Source: Candidatus Aminicenantes bacterium (GTDB taxonomy: Bacteria; Acidobacteriota; Aminicenantia; Aminicenantales; JAFGBC01). Taken from it: DNA of 64,000 nt. The notes beneath the pieces were generated by a model, which saw only the letters and a program-made list of their open reading frames with translations, had not been told where the DNA came from and searched no databases. The stretch is from the NCBI GenBank assembly GCA_963702005.1, contig OY969696.1, forward strand, positions 224,001 to 288,000, written 5' to 3'. Below are positions 30,299 to 40,264 of this stretch, piece after piece; position 1 is the first letter of the stretch; each line of letters begins with the position of its first letter. The translations under genes and the position numbers were made by a program.

Positions 30299-32350
30299 TT
30301 GAAGAAAATCGCAATTTCGCTGGGAGTTCTTTCAATCGTGGTCCTGGCTTTTTCGTTCGATGTTGACGGCGGCCGCGCCGCCAGTCTCAAGCTCGATGAA
30401 GGCTTCGGCTCGGCGCCGCTTCATTTCATCGCCAACAAGGGTCAGGCGGCATCGGAAGCCCTTTATTACGCCAGTACGCCGGGATACACCCTGTGGCTGA
30501 CCCAAAAGGGATTTCTCTTCGACGGAACCGCGGCCGAATCGAAACGCGCCGTCTCACGGCTCGTGTTTAAGAACGCCAATGAAAAAGCCGCCGTCCGGGC
30601 CGAAGATCCCTCCGATTACAGGGTCAGCTATTTCAACGCCCGGGATGAGGCCGATTGGATCACGGACGTCCCGACCTCTCTCGCTGTCGTCTATGATGAC
30701 CTCTACGCTGGAATTGACCTCAAGGTCTACGGAAATGAGCGCCGGGTGGAATACGACTGGATCGTCCGGTCCGGCGCGGACCCGAACCGGATCAGGTTCG
30801 CCTATGAGGACGTTCAACAGACAAGGATCGACCGGAACGGAGATCTTGTGATCGAAACCGCCAACGGCGAGCTGCGGCACCGGAAGCCGGTGAGCTACCA
30901 GGTCATCGCCGGTAAAAGGGTTGAGGTCTCCGCGTCATTCCGGACGACCGCCGACGGCAGCTGCGGATTCCAGGTGGGTTCCTACGATTCCCGCTTCGAC
31001 CTTGTCATCGATCCCTTGGTGCTCGTCTATTCGACCTACCTGGGAGGAGGCAAAAAGGATATCAGCTCTTGCCTGGCGGTGGATGGAGAGGGAGCGATTT
31101 ATATAGCCGGGACGACGTTGAGCACGGATTTTCCGCCGCTCAAGGCGTCGCTTCCCAGAACCGACGTCTTCGTCAGCAAGCTTTCTTCGGACGGGAAAAG
31201 CCTGATCTATTCCGCGTTTTTCCCGACCGCGAGTCCTTACCCGTCATTCCCTGCGCTGGCCGTCGACTCGTCGGGCCATGCCTTCCTTGCCATGACTACG
31301 AGTACGACCAAATTCCCGATCAAGAACGCCTTCCAGCCTCAACCGGGGGGGAAAATGGACGGAGTCATCCTGAAGATGAATGCCAATGGAAAAGGTCTGG
31401 CTTACTCCTCCTATATCGGCGGCTCGAGCTCGGACTCTTGCAATGGAGTCGTCCTCGATAAAGAAGACCAAGCCTATGTCGTGGGAACCACCAGCAGCCC
31501 CAACTTCCCGCTCAAAAAAGCTTTTCAAAAAAAACTAGCTGGTTATAATGACCTCTTTATATTAAAAGTGGCGGCTGATGGAAAGAGCCTCCTGTTTTCG
31601 ACTTTATTGGGCGGATCGAGCTCAGAAAACGCCGGGATGGCTCATGCCATTGACGACTCCGGCGCCCTCTATATCGTCGGACAGACGTATAGTCCCGATT
31701 TCCCCACCAAGAATGCCTTTCAACCGGTCCATGGGGGAGGCGCCGACGCTTTTATCGCCAAGATCTCGCCGGAGGGAAAGAACCTCGAGTATTCGACCTT
31801 TCTCGGCGGAAATGGGGATGATCGCGGCAACGGGATCGCCGTCGACGCGGGCGGCGCTATTTACGTCACGGGTTATTCAGCCGGCGCCTTTCCCGTTAAA
31901 AACGCCTTCCAGAAAACACGAAAAGGAGGCGGGGACGTCTTTGTAACGAAGCTGACGTCCGATGGGACCGGCTTGGTCTTTTCAACCTATCTGGGCGGCT
32001 CGGGGTGGGACCAAGGTTATTCGATCGCCCTGGACGCGGCCGATTCGATCTATATCGCCGGCTATACACAAAGCCCGAATTTCCCGGTTAAGGATGCTTA
32101 TCAATCAAGAAGAGTCGGAAGTGAGGATGCCTTCCTGACGATCTTCGACTCCAGCGGAAAAAAGCTCCTGACATCGACCTACCTTGGAGGCATATATAAG
32201 GAAACCGCGTATCAAGCTATCCCCGAATCCGATGGGACGATCTACCTCACGGGAATTACCAACAGCCCGGATTTTCAGACCGTAAAGGCCTATCAGAGCA
32301 CGCTCAAGGGGGATTTTGACGCCTTTATCGTGAAATTCAAACGGAAATAG
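30299..32350 (+). CDS. SBBP-repeat (beta-propeller) secreted protein, lower GC
   Basis: Signal peptide; FIANKGQ, LVIDPLVLVYSTYLGG; repeated GxTxSxDFP...DAFI; promoter TTGACA at 30227. Confidence 0.9.
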   Translation: MKKIAISLGVLSIVVLAFSFDVDGGRAASLKLDEGFGSAPLHFIANKGQAASEALYYASTPGYTLWLTQKGFLFDGTAAESKRAVSRLVFKNANEKAAVRAEDPSDYRVSYFNARDEADWITDVPTSLAVVYDDLYAGIDLKVYGNERRVEYDWIVRSGADPNRIRFAYEDVQQTRIDRNGDLVIETANGELRHRKPVSYQVIAGKRVEVSASFRTTADGSCGFQVGSYDSRFDLVIDPLVLVYSTYLGGGKKDISSCLAVDGEGAIYIAGTTLSTDFPPLKASLPRTDVFVSKLSSDGKSLIYSAFFPTASPYPSFPALAVDSSGHAFLAMTTSTTKFPIKNAFQPQPGGKMDGVILKMNANGKGLAYSSYIGGSSSDSCNGVVLDKEDQAYVVGTTSSPNFPLKKAFQKKLAGYNDLFILKVAADGKSLLFSTLLGGSSSENAGMAHAIDDSGALYIVGQTYSPDFPTKNAFQPVHGGGADAFIAKISPEGKNLEYSTFLGGNGDDRGNGIAVDAGGAIYVTGYSAGAFPVKNAFQKTRKGGGDVFVTKLTSDGTGLVFSTYLGGSGWDQGYSIALDAADSIYIAGYTQSPNFPVKDAYQSRRVGSEDAFLTIFDSSGKKLLTSTYLGGIYKETAYQAIPESDGTIYLTGITNSPDFQTVKAYQSTLKGDFDAFIVKFKRK

Positions 32351-32378
32351 CGGATATAGTATTAAACCTTTCTTTTTT

Positions 32379-32479
32379 CACGGAGTTCCAACAGTCCAGA
32401 TTTTCCGGTCGCAAAGCCTTATCAAAGAACGCTCAAAGGCAAACCGGACGCCTTCGTCCTGAAGTCCAGGCGGCAATAG
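32379..32479 (+). pseudogene. 3' remnant of a second SBBP gene
   Basis: SNSPDFPVAKPYQRTLKGKPDAFVLKSRRQ* parallels TNSPDFQTVKAYQSTLKGDFDAFIVKFKRK*. Confidence 0.8.
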
Positions 32480-32481
32480 GG

Positions 32482-35142
32482 TCAGCGCGTCCAAACCAGA
32501 CGGAGATTCTGCCCTTCCTGCAGGGTCAAGCCTTTCGGCCAGTTCACGATGAGCCTGTTGCCGAGCCTGGTCAGCCGCGCGATCAAGGGACGGCTTCCGA
32601 TGAACGTCTTCAGTGTAAAATTCGTGCCGGAGGGCCACGAGTCCGCCGCGGCGAGCTCGACCTCCTTGAGCGGAAGCGTCCCGGAGGCGACGGTGACCTC
32701 GGCCGTCAACCCGGTTTGAGTCCGGGACTGCTCAAAGGAGCCCCAGGCGCTCCCCGTGCTCCAGAAACTCCGGAAAGACTCCGGCGAGAGCCGGGGGGCG
32801 AACCCGATCCGCCCATCCGGTCCCGAATAGGTGAACCCGGACAGGGCCAGCAGGACGCCCCAGGATGACATGGCCCGGGCGTAGTGGTGCCCGCATTCGA
32901 CCTCATTCCAGGGATTCCGCTTCCGGCCGTCGTAGCGGTCGCGGACGGCCTTGACCAGGCTCAGCCCCTCATCGACCTTTCCCTCGTAGATGAGGTGGGA
33001 AGCGACCTGATATTCGATGCCCGTCCAAACTTCGTCTGAATAGGGGAAAGGCAGGGGCGGTCGTCCGCCCCGCGGCCACGAGCAAAGGATCAGCCCTTTT
33101 TCGTCGCCAAGGGCATAGGTCCGCTGGCAGTTGGAAAAATCCCTGAAGTCGGCCAGAAAATTATTCTTGTAAATGGATTCAAGGGCGGAGACGATCCGGT
33201 CCTGGGGGAGGAAGCGGCCCAGGCCGGCGACCGTGGTCAGCCACTGTCCGAGGAGCTGGTCCGAGAGGCAGCCCTCCCCGTATTGGTACTTTGTCTCCAT
33301 GACGCGGTCGAATTTCTGGACGTAGAAGGCCCCGTTCCAGAGGAGCTCATCGTACTTGGCCCGTCCCTTCTCGTAGACCGCGCGGAAGATCCGGGCGGCC
33401 CCCGCGTCGCCCACGGCTTCGGCCATTTTCGACCCGGCCAGCAGGGCGCCGAGATAGAACCCGCTCAGCATGCTGTTCGGTCCGTAGAACTCGATGTCGT
33501 AAGTGTTATGCTGCTCGCCGTCGAGGAGCCCGTCCTTGTCCTTGTCCCAGGAAGTCCAGGCGTACTCGAGGGACCTGCGGACCTGGGGCCAGAGCCTGCC
33601 TAGGAAGGCCGTATCGCCCGAGATCTGCCAGTCGCGGTAGAGGTTGATGATCCGTCCCAGCTGGCCGTCGGCGGCGGGCTTGAAATCCCAGTAGGCGCCG
33701 CCCTCGATCGGCAGCGAGGTCCGGAAGACCATGGCGCCGTCCGGCCGGACATTGTGAAGAAAGTCCGTCTCCCGCATGGACCGCTCCAGCCCGGGAAACA
33801 GGAAGGCCAGGCTCTGCTCGTAGTTCCAGACGTGGGCGCAGTTGAGCGGGCAGCAGCCGCTCTGGTCGCCGCAGCCTTCGAACCCGAAGAAGCGGCCGCC
33901 TTCGAGCCAGAGCGCGGTCGTCGTCCGGATGATCGAAGCCTGGCTGGAAACGGCATCCAGGACGTAGGGCGGGAGGGTCGAGGCGAAGAAGACGTCGCGG
34001 AAGCGCCGCGTTTCCCGCTCCAGCCGGTCCAAGTTGGCGGCCAGGTAGTCCGCGGCCGCCCAGGCGTCTCCGAATCGCTCCGCGTAATGGTTCTTGAAGA
34101 TGCGGCCGCGCTGGGCGGGGACGACATCGAAATAGTTGAGGACGTTGGGAAAGTTCCAGGACAGGATGAAGGGAAGCGTCGCTTCTTGGGACGGCTGGAG
34201 CTCGACGCACAATCCCAGGGAGCCGATGTCGGTCCGGCCGGCCGGAGAGGGATCGGCGTCCGCTAAATCCTTGAGCCGGCCGTCGGCGGCGAAGTCGTCC
34301 CAGAAGATCTGGAGGTCGTCGAACCAATCCCCCCGTTGCCAGTGCGTGACGTAGGTGATGTCCTTCCAGGGCGTCGCCAGCGCGATTGTCCCGAAGGCCG
34401 GCGCGTTCGCGGCGACTTTGCGGGAGCTCATGACAAGCCCGGACAGGGCGTCGGTTCGACGGAGCTCATTGAGATTCTGGCCGAACTTGTCGCTCGCGAT
34501 CGATTCGAGCGGACCTTGACCGTCATAGCCGACCGGGTTCATCAGGGAGCCTAGGACGGTGAGGCGGAGCGGCGAGCCGCTCAAGTTCTTAATCCGGAAG
34601 CGGATAATGACGGCCGGAACCCCCGAGTCTTCGGGCTTGAGGGGTATGAAAGGATTGAAGGCCTCGAGCTTGACCTCGAGCGGAAGCCGTCCGTCCGAAA
34701 GTTCGACTTCGGCGAACGGATAGGCGCCGCTGAAACGGGCCTTCTCCATGCGCGGGAAGCCGGGCACGTCCTCGCGCCGAAATCCGAACCCGGTCGTCAG
34801 GGGCGGGAGGAGAGGGCCTTCTAAGACGCGGACCGCCGGCTTTTTCCCCCCTTCCTCGCAGTACAGGGCGAAGAACGTGAACGGCAGGTTGACGCCCTTC
34901 CCGGGCCGATTGAAGATCTCCCAGTCCCTGAGGTTTCCTCGGCCGCCGAGCGAGATCGTCCCCGTCCCGATCCCGCCCAGGGGAAAGGCGACCTCGCGCA
35001 GGGATTCGCCCTCGAAAACCCGCTGGGGGCCGAGGCTGAAGAGTTCGTCCCGGCTGTAGGCGGACCGGCCGGGCACTTCGGCACCTGCCGTCACCGCCGC
35101 GAGCCCGAACATTGCCAAGAGAACAATCGTTTGAGTTTTCAT
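32482..35142 (-). CDS. Glycoside hydrolase family 116 (GBA2-like)
   Basis: FPLGGIGTG, DWEIFNRP, HVWNYEQ, AADGQ, QHNTYDIE, GCLSDQLLGQ, EVWTGIEY, NPWNEVECGHHYARAM. Confidence 0.92.
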   Translation of the reverse strand: MKTQTIVLLAMFGLAAVTAGAEVPGRSAYSRDELFSLGPQRVFEGESLREVAFPLGGIGTGTISLGGRGNLRDWEIFNRPGKGVNLPFTFFALYCEEGGKKPAVRVLEGPLLPPLTTGFGFRREDVPGFPRMEKARFSGAYPFAEVELSDGRLPLEVKLEAFNPFIPLKPEDSGVPAVIIRFRIKNLSGSPLRLTVLGSLMNPVGYDGQGPLESIASDKFGQNLNELRRTDALSGLVMSSRKVAANAPAFGTIALATPWKDITYVTHWQRGDWFDDLQIFWDDFAADGRLKDLADADPSPAGRTDIGSLGLCVELQPSQEATLPFILSWNFPNVLNYFDVVPAQRGRIFKNHYAERFGDAWAAADYLAANLDRLERETRRFRDVFFASTLPPYVLDAVSSQASIIRTTTALWLEGGRFFGFEGCGDQSGCCPLNCAHVWNYEQSLAFLFPGLERSMRETDFLHNVRPDGAMVFRTSLPIEGGAYWDFKPAADGQLGRIINLYRDWQISGDTAFLGRLWPQVRRSLEYAWTSWDKDKDGLLDGEQHNTYDIEFYGPNSMLSGFYLGALLAGSKMAEAVGDAGAARIFRAVYEKGRAKYDELLWNGAFYVQKFDRVMETKYQYGEGCLSDQLLGQWLTTVAGLGRFLPQDRIVSALESIYKNNFLADFRDFSNCQRTYALGDEKGLILCSWPRGGRPPLPFPYSDEVWTGIEYQVASHLIYEGKVDEGLSLVKAVRDRYDGRKRNPWNEVECGHHYARAMSSWGVLLALSGFTYSGPDGRIGFAPRLSPESFRSFWSTGSAWGSFEQSRTQTGLTAEVTVASGTLPLKEVELAAADSWPSGTNFTLKTFIGSRPLIARLTRLGNRLIVNWPKGLTLQEGQNLRLVWTR

Positions 35143-35233
35143 CGAGCCGTCTCCTTCCCGGATGACCATTGGACGGAAATAAGTATCTCTTGATTCGTTT
35201 TAGAATACAACAGAAAAACGCCGCCGTCCGGGC

Positions 35234-35701
35234 CTATCCCTGCGAATCCTCAGCCAGCAAAGAACGGATCCGGTCTTCCATATCGGCGGCGTGGCTCCCT
35301 TTCCAATAAACCCGGCCGCAGCTCGGACAGAGAGAGAACCGACTTCCTCGTTCCAGGATGAACGGAACGACCAAGTTCCGGGCCCTCTCCCTGGAGAGGG
35401 ATTTGAGGGCGATGTTGCAGGCGATGCAGCGAGAGTGGGGCGCGGCCTCGTCCCGGAGCGAGAAGACGTCGAGGACTTGGCGGACCTGGTCCTCCCACTT
35501 CTCGCTGTTGATAAGCAGGGACCGGACCGCCCGGGCCCGGCCGGCCAGTTTGGTATCCCTGGTCAAGAGGACCCGGCCGTCGCGGCCGGCGATGCGGATG
35601 AGCTCGCTATCCTCGATCTTGGAAAAGTAAAGGACATCGAAGCCGAGGATGCGCAGCCACTTGGCGAGCTTTCCCAGCATGCAGTCGGCGATGAAGGTCA
35701 T
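35234..35701 (-). CDS. Mut7-C RNase domain protein
   Basis: FIADCMLGKLAKWLRILGFD, RCIACN, CPSCGRVYWKGSH. Confidence 0.92.
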   Translation of the reverse strand: MTFIADCMLGKLAKWLRILGFDVLYFSKIEDSELIRIAGRDGRVLLTRDTKLAGRARAVRSLLINSEKWEDQVRQVLDVFSLRDEAAPHSRCIACNIALKSLSRERARNLVVPFILERGSRFSLCPSCGRVYWKGSHAADMEDRIRSLLAEDSQG

Positions 35702-35848
35702 GAAATCAAGCGCCCCGGCCATTATAGAAAATACCCTGCTTCAGGTCCATCCGGAGCCCTAACGTTTTGACATTGCCCCTTCATCCATGGTAGTTAAGAT
35801 ATCGACCCATGTGCCGATCGACCGATTCCAAGCCGGAGAGGAAATCCC

Positions 35849-36475
35849 ATGTTCAAATCGCTCGTCCCTAAGAACGAAGCTTTTTATGACCTGTTCGATA
35901 AAATGTGCGCCGGCATCGTCGAGGGCGCCCAAATCCTCAACACTATGATCGAGGCCGGGAGTCGTACGGCCGAATTTTCCCAAAGAATCAAAACCATCGA
36001 GCACGAGGTCGATCAAACCGTGCACGCCATGATGGCCATGCTCCATAAAACGTTCATCACGCCCATCAATCGGGAGGATATCCACCAGTTGGCCGTCCAT
36101 CTCGACGACATCCTCGACCAAACCGAAGCCGCCTCCTCCCGGATCGACCTCTTCTGCCCCGACTGCATGCCCAGCGAAGTTCGCGATCTCGCCTCCGTCC
36201 TCCTCGAAAGCGTCAAGCTCGTCCAGGAGATGGTCGGACTCCTCCGCCGTCTCAAGGAGCCGAGCCGCATTCTCGAGCTGACCGTCGAGATCAACCGCCT
36301 CGAAGATCAGGCCGATTACATCCGGCGCAGCACGGTCGCCCGCCTCTTCCGGGAAGAGAAGAATCCCTTCGAGCTCGTCAAGTGGAAGGACATTCTCGAG
36401 TTTATGGAGAACGCGACGGACTGCTGCGAGGACGTGGCCAACATTACCGAAGGAATCGTGCTCGAGAATACGTGA
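35849..36475 (+). CDS. DUF47 phosphate transport regulator
   Basis: IEHEVD, LHKTFITPINREDI, LEDQAD, ENATDCCEDVA. Confidence 0.92.
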   Translation: MFKSLVPKNEAFYDLFDKMCAGIVEGAQILNTMIEAGSRTAEFSQRIKTIEHEVDQTVHAMMAMLHKTFITPINREDIHQLAVHLDDILDQTEAASSRIDLFCPDCMPSEVRDLASVLLESVKLVQEMVGLLRRLKEPSRILELTVEINRLEDQADYIRRSTVARLFREEKNPFELVKWKDILEFMENATDCCEDVANITEGIVLENT

Positions 36476-36485
36476 GGAGGCGCCC

Positions 36486-37484
36486 GTGACCATCCTCCTC
36501 GTCGTTATCATCGGCCTCGCCCTCCTCTTCGACTTCATCAACGGCATGAACGACGCGGCCAATTCCGTGGCCACGATCGTCGCCACCCGGGTTCTCACCC
36601 CCCGCCTGGCCGTTCTCTGGGCGGCCTTTTTCAACTTCATCGCGGCCTTTTTTTTCGGCGTCCATGTCGCCACGACCATAGGGAAGGGAGTCGTGGATTC
36701 GGCCGCGATCTCATCGTTAATGATATTGGCTACCTTGCTGGGCGGTATCATCTGGTCCTACCTATGCACTCACATGGGTTTTCCGATCAGCGTCTCTCAT
36801 TCCCTGGTCGGAGGCTTGGTCGGATCGGCGATCGTGAAAACCGGATTCCATGCCCTCATTCTGCCTGGCCTCCTAAAAATCTCGCTTTTCATCTTCTTGG
36901 CTCCGCTCATGGGGATGATCTTGGGATACGTGATCATGATCATCGTGTATTGGACGGTCCGCCATAAGCCCCTGCGGGCCGTGGACCGGTTGTTCCGCCG
37001 GCTCCAGCTCTTATCGGCGGCCCTCTATAGCCTCGGTCACGGCACCAACGACGCCCAGAAGACGATGGGGATCATCGCCATGCTTCTTTTCAGCGCGGGC
37101 CGCCTCGGTCCCGAATTCCATGTCCCCCTCTGGGTCATCCTCAGCTGCCATTTCGCGATCGCGATGGGGACGCTGAGCGGCGGCTGGCGCGTCATCGAAA
37201 CATTAGGAATGAAAATGACCAAGCTTAGGCCCGTCCACGGCTTCAGCGCCGAGACGGCCGCCGCCGCGTCCATTCTCTTCTCATCCGTCATCGGCGCGCC
37301 AGTCTCCACAACCCACACCATCACTGGTTCAATCATCGGCGTCGGAGCCACGACTCATTTTAAGTCCATTAGCTGGGGCATGGCCTATCGCATCGTCTGG
37401 GCTTGGCTGCTGACCATCCCTGGTTCGGCCCTGATCTCGGCCGCTGTCTGGCTGGCCATGTCCGCCCTCGGCCTTACATCCTAA
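36486..37484 (+). CDS. pit: PiT inorganic phosphate transporter
   Basis: NGMNDAANSVAT, PISVSH, HGTNDAQK, PVSTTH. Confidence 0.94.
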   Translation: MTILLVVIIGLALLFDFINGMNDAANSVATIVATRVLTPRLAVLWAAFFNFIAAFFFGVHVATTIGKGVVDSAAISSLMILATLLGGIIWSYLCTHMGFPISVSHSLVGGLVGSAIVKTGFHALILPGLLKISLFIFLAPLMGMILGYVIMIIVYWTVRHKPLRAVDRLFRRLQLLSAALYSLGHGTNDAQKTMGIIAMLLFSAGRLGPEFHVPLWVILSCHFAIAMGTLSGGWRVIETLGMKMTKLRPVHGFSAETAAAASILFSSVIGAPVSTTHTITGSIIGVGATTHFKSISWGMAYRIVWAWLLTIPGSALISAAVWLAMSALGLTS

Positions 37485-37625
37485 AAAAGCCCTCCGAACC
37501 CGTTTGTCGGGGAAAGGAAATGCGTCTTATTTCTCAGCGGAGACCTGCATTCCGGGGAGGGTCCGTTATTCGCGGAGAGATGAAGAATCCCTATTCGGAG
37601 GCGCCGCTCCGCGCCGAGGGCCGAA

Positions 37626-38342
37626 TCAGAGTCCCAGGAACCGGACCGACAGGCCTGACAGGAAGATCATGGCGCCCGCCAAGGCGTGGGCGTAGCGTTC
37701 GAGCCGCCCCATGCGGAGGAAGCTCACCCCCCAGGACGAAAGTCCGATGATGACGAGCATGGTCAGGATGGTCGTCAGGCCGAAGGCCCCGGCGACGAAG
37801 GCGACGCCGGCCCCGCTGTGCTTGGCCGCCGGGTACATGACAAGCGGGATGAGCGGCTCGCAGGGCCCGAAGACGAAGATCGTGAACAAAATCCAGGGCG
37901 TCAGGTTGACCTTGTGATCGGCCTCGTCGTGGGGATGGCAATGGTCGGAGGAGTGGTCGTGGACGTGATCATGCTCCTCTCCGTGTCCATGGAGGTGGCG
38001 GTGGCTGTGGGGCTTGTTCTTCCAAGCCCGGCGCAGCCCCCACAGGCCATAGGCGAACCCGAACCCGATCAGGAACCAGGCGGCCAAGCCGCCCCGGAAG
38101 GATTCGATGCCCTGGAGCTTGGTCACGGCCAGCCCGAGAGCGAGCCCCAGGAATCCGAGGACGACCGAGCTCAAGATGTGGCCCAGCCCCGCCAAGAAAG
38201 CGACGAAGAGGGTCTTGCGCAACCGCCAGCGCCGGGCCCGTCCGATGACGATGAAGGGGAGGTAGTGGTCCGGCCCGACGACGGTATGGATGAAGCCGAT
38301 GGAGGCGGCCGTCGCCGTCAGGATCAGGATGTCGCGTTCCAT
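37626..38342 (-). CDS. Ni/Co transporter-like membrane protein with His-rich loop
   Basis: HTVVGPDHYLP, HSHRHLHGHGEEHDHVH, VFGPCEPLIP. Confidence 0.8.
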   Translation of the reverse strand: MERDILILTATAASIGFIHTVVGPDHYLPFIVIGRARRWRLRKTLFVAFLAGLGHILSSVVLGFLGLALGLAVTKLQGIESFRGGLAAWFLIGFGFAYGLWGLRRAWKNKPHSHRHLHGHGEEHDHVHDHSSDHCHPHDEADHKVNLTPWILFTIFVFGPCEPLIPLVMYPAAKHSGAGVAFVAGAFGLTTILTMLVIIGLSSWGVSFLRMGRLERYAHALAGAMIFLSGLSVRFLGL

Positions 38343-38361
38343 GATCAACCTCGGAAAAAAA

Positions 38362-38437
38362 TGGTGGACGGTAGGGGATTCGAACCCCCGACCTCAGCGT
38401 TGCGAACGCCGCGCTCTCCCAGCTGAGCTAACCGCCC
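38362..38437 (-). tRNA. tRNA-Ala (CGC)
   Basis: 76-nt cloverleaf GGGCGGTTAGCTCAG...TTCGCAA loop...GGTTCGAATCC...CCA; G3:U70 identity pair. Confidence 0.97.
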
Positions 38438-38632
38438 ACGCTCACCGCCCGGGCCGGCAGGCTCTCTAATTTACCATGTCGCCGGAATATTTTCCAGATC
38501 GATCTCGGACGGCGGATCCGGTTTTCAAAACAGCCTCGCTCCCCTTCAACCTTCAATGGTCGCTTCGGCTGTTATGAAAACCGGTTCTTGCTCGAGGAAG
38601 TCATCTTAGTTACAATTTTGTCCACAGGGATA

Positions 38633-40264
38633 ATGGATATTAAGATTTTCGGCAAGAAACAGGCGGAGGGACATGGCCGCTGCAGCATACGTAAAGCCCG
38701 GGTGGAATACAAGATCGAAAAAATCGCCGGCGGCTTGATGGTCACCGGCGCCGTCCGCGGCGGGCCGGGACGGTTCGAGATCGTCCGCCTGCCGGCGCCC
38801 CGCGAGTTCCTCCTCAACAACTGGCAGTCCTGGGGTCCGACCCAGAAGGTGACCAGGGAAGCGCGTTTCCCCGAGCTCGAAGCGATCCAGCGGGACTACA
38901 GCCCCTACCTCTTCTCCCCCGTCCCGGACCTGATGGCGCGGGGGCTCGTCAGCGATTATTTCGCGGCCGGCGACTCCTGGCTGGCCGGCTTCCTGGCCTC
39001 CCGGATCGCGCACCCTTTCTTCACCGTCGAGGGCGGCGACCTCGTCGGATACTTCGATTATTTTGATTTCCGTTCCGATGAGCCCGTCCCGCTCGAGCCG
39101 CTCGTTTTCCTCGAGGGGACTCCCGTCGAAAGGCTTCTCGGCCGCTATGCCGCGCTGGCCCAGGCCGAGAACGGCATCGTCATCAATCCCTGGAACCCGA
39201 TCGGATGGTGCAGTTGGTATCACTACTTCGGCAAGCTTGCGTGGGAAGACGTCCTCAAGAACCTCGATATCGCCCGGAGCGTCCCCGGCTTCCCCTTCGA
39301 GGTCTTCCAGGTCGACGACGGCTACGAGACCGACATCGGCGATTGGCTCGAGGGCCGGCCCGGATATCCGGCGCCGGCCGAGATGGCGGCGGCCATCCGC
39401 TCCCGCGGCTTCCGGGCCGGCATTTGGACGGCCCCCTTCAGCGCGGCCGAGACATCGCGGCTGTTCCGGTCCCATCCGGACTGGATGGTGTCCGAGGCGG
39501 GCCGGCCCAAGCCCTCCTATCGCGGCTGGAAAAAAACGATCTACGCCCTCGACACGAGCCGGGCCGACGTCCGCGCCTGGCTCGCGGAGGTGTTCGGAGC
39601 CTTGAAAGCGGCCGGGTTCGATTACTTTAAAATCGACTTCCTGTTCGCCGCCGCCATGCCGGGCGATCGAGCCCGCCCCCAAACGCCTGTCCAAGCCTAT
39701 CGGGAAGGGTTGAAGGCCGTCCGCGAGGCCGTCGGCCCATCTTCGTTCCTCCTCGGCTGCGGGGCGCCCCTCCTTCCTTCGGCCGGCCTGGTCGACGGGA
39801 TGCGGATCGGCGAGGACACGGCGCCGTTCTGGAAGACCAAGCCCTCGGCCTTCCAAGGCCCGAACGCCTATTTCGCCCTCAAGAATACCCTGATGCGGTC
39901 CTTCCTACACAAGACCCTCTGGCTGAACGACCCGGACTGCCTCCTGCTGCGTCCGAGCGAGATCGAGCTCTCCGAGAACGAACGGGCTTGCTACGCCCTG
40001 GCGGCCGGAGCGCTGGACAACATGATCCTGGACAGCGACGACCTGTCCCTCATCAACGATGCGGGGCGGTCCCTCCTCGGACAGACCCTGCGTCTGCGGG
40101 GCGGCCGGGCCGTCGTCCGCGGCCTCCTCGGCGACGATTTCTACTTGATCGAGTCGAGGGGAGGTCCGGCCGGACCGCTGGACCTGGCCGTGAACCTCTC
40201 GGATGAGCGCCGCCTCTACAAGGAGCGCGCCGTGCCGCCCAGGAGCGCCGTCTTCATCCGTTGA
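38633..40264 (+). CDS. Alpha-galactosidase (GH36)
   Basis: GWCSWYHYF, FQVDDGY, GIWTAPF, YFKIDFL, LGCGAP, MRIGED, WLNDPD. Confidence 0.9.
   Translation: MDIKIFGKKQAEGHGRCSIRKARVEYKIEKIAGGLMVTGAVRGGPGRFEIVRLPAPREFLLNNWQSWGPTQKVTREARFPELEAIQRDYSPYLFSPVPDLMARGLVSDYFAAGDSWLAGFLASRIAHPFFTVEGGDLVGYFDYFDFRSDEPVPLEPLVFLEGTPVERLLGRYAALAQAENGIVINPWNPIGWCSWYHYFGKLAWEDVLKNLDIARSVPGFPFEVFQVDDGYETDIGDWLEGRPGYPAPAEMAAAIRSRGFRAGIWTAPFSAAETSRLFRSHPDWMVSEAGRPKPSYRGWKKTIYALDTSRADVRAWLAEVFGALKAAGFDYFKIDFLFAAAMPGDRARPQTPVQAYREGLKAVREAVGPSSFLLGCGAPLLPSAGLVDGMRIGEDTAPFWKTKPSAFQGPNAYFALKNTLMRSFLHKTLWLNDPDCLLLRPSEIELSENERACYALAAGALDNMILDSDDLSLINDAGRSLLGQTLRLRGGRAVVRGLLGDDFYLIESRGGPAGPLDLAVNLSDERRLYKERAVPPRSAVFIR

Noticed and set aside
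30040-32613. GH116 3' duplication as a diversity-generating retroelement TR/VR pair
   Set aside because: Differences include T/C, G/C and T/G changes rather than adenine-only ones, and there is no reverse transcriptase in the window
38362-38437. tRNA-Ala as an integration site
   Set aside because: No integrase and no duplicated tRNA 3' end found in the window
38618-38626. TTGTCCACA as a DnaA box / origin
   Set aside because: Single imperfect box, no cluster or AT-rich unwinding element
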